From Thermoplasmata archaeon (lineage in GTDB: Archaea > Thermoplasmatota > Thermoplasmata > Lutacidiplasmatales > UBA184): a stretch of 58,481 nt of DNA. Position numbers and translations under genes: made by a program. Positions 54,741 to 58,481 of the stretch are shown piece by piece. The stretch covers positions 1-58,481 of the forward strand of contig JAGWLG010000022.1 of assembly GCA_028864975.1 (NCBI GenBank), in the 5' to 3' direction. The stretch's first letter is position 1, and each line of letters starts with the position of its first letter. A model generated the notes under the pieces. The model made no database searches and had not been told where the DNA came from. It saw only the letters and a list, made by a program, of their open reading frames with translations.

Positions 54741-56458
54741 GCTTCCGTCGCGCCCCGGCCCCCCCAGAGGGCCCAGGCTGCGGTCGCCACCAGCAGCAAC
54801 AGCGCGCTCACCACCATCGAGGGGACCGCCAAGGCCCTATCATAGTTCTGCCCGAGCAGGTAGAGCAGCAGGGGTATGCCCGCCACCAGAAGGCCGGGGA
54901 AGACCACCAGCATCGCCCACCAGGCTCCCGAGTAGAGGTTCACGACCGGGATCCCGGTCTTCTCCGCCTTGTGAAAGAGGACCCCCAGTTCGAAGAACGA
55001 GGCTGCGAGGACGCCGGGAAGCTCGGCCAGAGCGAAGATCGCGAAGGGGATGGGGTTCCCGATGCGGGCCGCGACCAGCCCCATCACGAGGAGCGAGGCG
55101 ATGACGTAGACGAGCAGGATGAGCGACGCCTTCCCCCAGAGGAGCGTACGGCGGGGGATGGGCAGGGTCCTGGTGAACGAGAACCCCATGACCTCCGTCG
55201 CGAAGAAGGCCGGGCCGAAGAAGGTCGCGAGCATCGCGGCCACCGTCACCGCGGCGATGGCGAAGCGCTCGGCCTGGGCCGGGTCGGGATGCGAGAGCAT
55301 AGTCGACAGCCCGAGGATGAACGCGTCGAGGAGGGGCAGGAGGATGAGGAAGGCATATCCGGGGGTTCTGGAAGCGATGCGCAGGTCCTTGTGGAGGATC
55401 GCGACCGAGGGCGAGTCGGTCCGGACCTCGCTGTCACCGGCCCGACGACCCCTCGAGCTGCGGGGCACCGCGAGCGACAGGTCGACCGGGGCCCGACGGA
55501 GCCAATGGACCGAGACCGCGGCGGCGGCGGCATAGAGCGCCACGGAGAGCCACATGACGGGCGCCGAGAGCAGGTGGTAGATGTCGAGGGATGGGTAGAT
55601 CGCGAGCGACGTGAGGTAGGCGAAGGGGAAAGGGTAGAGGAGGAGCATCGTGCGGAACGCCCCGGGGTTCGAAGCTTCCCAGAAGCTCAGGACGTCCAGG
55701 ATCTGGAGCGAGAAGGCGACGAACGCGGTGATGGCAAGGCTGGGGAGGCTCCAGAGGAGGAGGTAGACCCACCGCAGCGCGAGCGAGCCCGGGGTCCCTC
55801 CTTCGGCCCCGCTGACGCGCAGCAGAAAGAACCTCGCGGTCACAAGGGAGATCGCGCAGGAGAGCGCCACGGTGATGATCGTACCTGGGAGGAGCACCAG
55901 GGCCGCGAGCACCGAACCGGTCGCAAGTCCGACCGCCAGCGGAAGGTAGAACGTGGCCATCAAGGCCGGCGCGTCGAAGATCCTGAGGAAGACGATGAAC
56001 CCGACCCGCCGCATGTCCCTCTGGGAGAGCGGAAGCGTCGCGAGGAGCGGGAAGACCTTCGAACCGAGCAGGGTCGGGGCCACTTGGAGCCCGGTCATCC
56101 AGAGGAGCGAGAAGATGAGCAGCAGCTCCCCCGCGACCAGGCTGGTCGCGTAGTCGACGGGGGTGAGCGTGAGCCCGAGCCCTCCCGCTCCCGTTCGGAG
56201 CCCGATCGCTCCCACGGAGATGACCATGAAGAGGAGGAAGGCGACCATCGCCTTCGACTGGGCCACGCGCCGCCGCGCCCGTTCGACCGCCCCCTCCCCC
56301 CGCTTCCCCTCGAGGTAAACGGAGGAGTTGCCCTGCTTCAGCGCATAGATGGATTGGAACGAGAACTCATCGTACACCACCTCGGCGATGCGAAGGGCCC
56401 CCCTCCAGCCCAGGGGGGCCCGTTCCGTGTACGATGCGGGCGGGATCTCCACGGACAT
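54737..56458 (-). CDS. ABC-2-associated polytopic membrane protein
   Basis: Two TM clusters, LATLPLS and ILHKDLRIASR motifs; follows the ABC ATPase. Confidence 0.8.
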   Translation of the reverse strand: MSVEIPPASYTERAPLGWRGALRIAEVVYDEFSFQSIYALKQGNSSVYLEGKRGEGAVERARRRVAQSKAMVAFLLFMVISVGAIGLRTGAGGLGLTLTPVDYATSLVAGELLLIFSLLWMTGLQVAPTLLGSKVFPLLATLPLSQRDMRRVGFIVFLRIFDAPALMATFYLPLAVGLATGSVLAALVLLPGTIITVALSCAISLVTARFFLLRVSGAEGGTPGSLALRWVYLLLWSLPSLAITAFVAFSLQILDVLSFWEASNPGAFRTMLLLYPFPFAYLTSLAIYPSLDIYHLLSAPVMWLSVALYAAAAAVSVHWLRRAPVDLSLAVPRSSRGRRAGDSEVRTDSPSVAILHKDLRIASRTPGYAFLILLPLLDAFILGLSTMLSHPDPAQAERFAIAAVTVAAMLATFFGPAFFATEVMGFSFTRTLPIPRRTLLWGKASLILLVYVIASLLVMGLVAARIGNPIPFAIFALAELPGVLAASFFELGVLFHKAEKTGIPVVNLYSGAWWAMLVVFPGLLVAGIPLLLYLLGQNYDRALAVPSMVVSALLLLVATAAWALWGGRGATEA

Positions 56459-56509
56459 GATGGTCGAGGCTCCTTCGCCAAGCGGTCCCGCGACGGCGCT
56501 CCTGGGTGT

Positions 56510-57310
56510 TCAGGCCTTCCCGCGGAGGAGCTCCATCGCTCGCGTCGTGGCCTCGCCTTCGGCCGTGAGCCCCAGATAGACATCCTCCAGGGTCGCCTCA
56601 GGACGACGGATCATCGTCCGCAGCTCTGCGAGCGTCCCTTCGCCCTGGAGCTTCCCCCCGTCGAGGATGGCTAGGCGGTGGCAGAGGCGCTCCGCGACCT
56701 CCACGGTGTGGGTGGAGAAGAGGGCCGCGCGGTTCCCTTCCCGAACGTACGCGGTCAGAAGGTCGCGCATGATGCGCACCGAGCGGGGGTCGAGGTTGTT
56801 GAACGGTTCATCGAGGACGAGCAAGCGGGGACGGTGGAGGAACGCCGCCACGAGCAGGAGCTTCTGACGGGTGCCGTTGGAGAGGGTGGCCAGGGGCCGG
56901 TCCATGTCGGCCCCGACCTGGAGAGCTCCGACGAGCTCGTGCACGAGGCTCCCGTAGTCGTCGTACCGTAACCGACGGACCGAGGCCACGAACTCCAGGA
57001 ACTCCCGAGGGGAGAGCGCGTCGTAGAGGAGCGCGGTCTCCGGAACGTATCCCACCATCTCCTTCACGGCCATGTCCTCCGAGACGGGGTCCCGACCGGC
57101 CACGCGGATCCTTCCCGATGCGGGCTGGACCAGTCCCACGATCGCCTTCATCGTGGAGGTCTTCCCAGCCCCGTTCGAACCGAGAAGGCCGTAGATCTCC
57201 CCGGCCCTGACCCGGAGCGACAGCCCATCCACCGCCGTGACGCTCCCGTACGCGACGGTCAGGTCCTCGATCACGAGGGGGTCGGCGGAGGACGGTAGGG
57301 TGGCCATCAA
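56510..57310 (-). CDS. ABC transporter ATP-binding protein
   Basis: GSNGAGKT, LSNGTRQK, LVLDEP, STH. Confidence 0.95.
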   Translation of the reverse strand: MMATLPSSADPLVIEDLTVAYGSVTAVDGLSLRVRAGEIYGLLGSNGAGKTSTMKAIVGLVQPASGRIRVAGRDPVSEDMAVKEMVGYVPETALLYDALSPREFLEFVASVRRLRYDDYGSLVHELVGALQVGADMDRPLATLSNGTRQKLLLVAAFLHRPRLLVLDEPFNNLDPRSVRIMRDLLTAYVREGNRAALFSTHTVEVAERLCHRLAILDGGKLQGEGTLAELRTMIRRPEATLEDVYLGLTAEGEATTRAMELLRGKA

Positions 57311-57630
57311 CTCACGGTGGGAACGGAACCCGGAGAGATAACGCCGCGGCCTGGGATCTCCAGGGAGGCGGAGGAGGGAAGGAGGCCGAGATCACTCCCT
57401 GCCGATTGGACGGCAAAGAGTGCGAGAGGAAGTCTACCTCGGGCCCATCCTGCGGGTCCGACGGATGGCCCCCCCTCCGCTCTCAGCCGGTTCGCGGCGG
57501 CACGGTGCGGAGCCCCCCGGCCCAGAAGCGGTCAGGCCGGGTCCATCGGCGCTCTTATACGGCCAAATGGCCCTGTACCGGGCGAACAAAGTTTAAGGCA
57601 GGGTGAAGTGGCTGCGCCACGCCCTGGGAC

Positions 57631-57873
57631 ATGGAAGTCATCAGAATCCAGGACCTCTCTCGGCATGAGAGGGCGCTCCTGCTCAAGGAACTCGGGTACG
57701 GGGCCGACCCCGACGGGAAGGTCACCAAGGACGGGGCTCCCTGGATGGACCCCTTCCTCGGCGAGCAGCCGACCCTCGACAACATGTGCGTGGTCCCGGG
57801 AAGCGCGCTGGTGCTCGTAGACAATCCCGTCAGCTTGGACGGGTACTTCGAGAAGTACGGTGACTGGGATTGA
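57631..57873 (+). CDS. Small hypothetical protein (80 aa)
   Basis: TTTAAG promoter-like element upstream; protein-like sequence LLKELGY...VVPGSALVLVDNPVSL. Confidence 0.75.
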   Translation: MEVIRIQDLSRHERALLLKELGYGADPDGKVTKDGAPWMDPFLGEQPTLDNMCVVPGSALVLVDNPVSLDGYFEKYGDWD

Positions 57874-58364
57874 GCAGTGACCCCGACCCGCTCTCTTCGC
57901 TCGCGCGGGGAGCGGTCGCCGGGGCCATCGACGCCGCGCCCGAGAAGATACACGCCCTGGCCCTGCGTATCCTCGACCACCGTACGGCCTTCGTCCGCGA
58001 TCCGGTGGCGCTCTCCGCGGTCAGGGAAGGGCGTAAGCTCCAAGAGTACCGCCTCTACAAGCAGTACCTCAGGGACCCCAAGCTCCTCGCGCTCATCCGA
58101 CTCGGCCTGGCCCTGCGCCGGCTCGACGGCGAAGTGGACTACCCCGAGCGCGTCCGGCGGATGAGGGTCGCCATCCATCGCAAGTTCGGGACGTCAGGGC
58201 TCAGGGGCGCTGAGGTCGTGGAGAGCGGCGCCCTTCGAGAGTTCTTGGGAGAACTGGTGTCCCGCTCCTCCTCTCCTGCAGATGTGGAGGATGGGCTGAC
58301 GAAGCTCCTGGAGGGCGTCGAGCGATGGACCTTCTTCTTGCAGGACCCGGGTTCGACAAATTGA
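57870..58364 (+). CDS. Hypothetical helical protein (164 aa)
   Basis: TTGA overlap with the upstream gene, implying translational coupling. Confidence 0.7.
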   Translation: MSSDPDPLSSLARGAVAGAIDAAPEKIHALALRILDHRTAFVRDPVALSAVREGRKLQEYRLYKQYLRDPKLLALIRLGLALRRLDGEVDYPERVRRMRVAIHRKFGTSGLRGAEVVESGALREFLGELVSRSSSPADVEDGLTKLLEGVERWTFFLQDPGSTN

Positions 58365-58481
58365 CCCGGCCTCTCTCGGAGAATCCTGAGTGTAGGAAAA
58401 CCGTAGAGAATATGTAGGAATCCTTCCTATCCCACCTCGTGGACCTCCGGTTCTTCCTCAAGCTCATCGAGTCGAAGGGGC

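Noticed and set aside
1-58481. Hundreds of long overlapping or antisense ORFs in the track (e.g. 37898-40060, 49365-51455, 49589-51301, 54971-56674)
   Set aside because: Arg/Pro/Gly-rich shadow frames expected at this GC content; they overlap genes with clear family motifs.

Overview
GC-rich archaeal chromosomal window. aIF-2beta-TRAM, deoxyhypusine synthase, a presenilin homolog, a DUF835 domain and a BHB-type tRNA intron point to Thermoplasmata (inference). 1 to ~13.2 kb looks like part of an integrated mobile element. It carries a primase-like C-terminus, a GHKL-ATPase/HExxH fusion, a DUF3883 nuclease, a SLOG protein, an RHH regulator, a Cys-rich secreted protein with an ABC exporter, a three-copy DNA element, and an ISH6/IS256-like IS (8-bp TSD) that splits a gene which can be rejoined in frame. 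13-18 kb holds an intron-containing Ser-type tRNA whose only canonical BHB splice gives a Phe (GAA) anticodon, an iteron-like array and a candidate large structured ncRNA. 18-28 kb holds a STAND-like ATPase with an inserted DUF835 domain, stress genes and a Wtp/Mod-type oxyanion ABC operon. 28.5-35.5 kb holds a flotillin-like SPFH protein, a GTPase, a GAP1-N-like protein, a pseudo-GTPase and a divergent Pro-rich protein. The rest is mostly housekeeping and metabolism: S1P-lyase-like plus FGGY kinase, MFS, HADs, dys, PSH, aIF-2beta, valS and an ABC pair. All family assignments come from motif recognition by eye; no searches were run.
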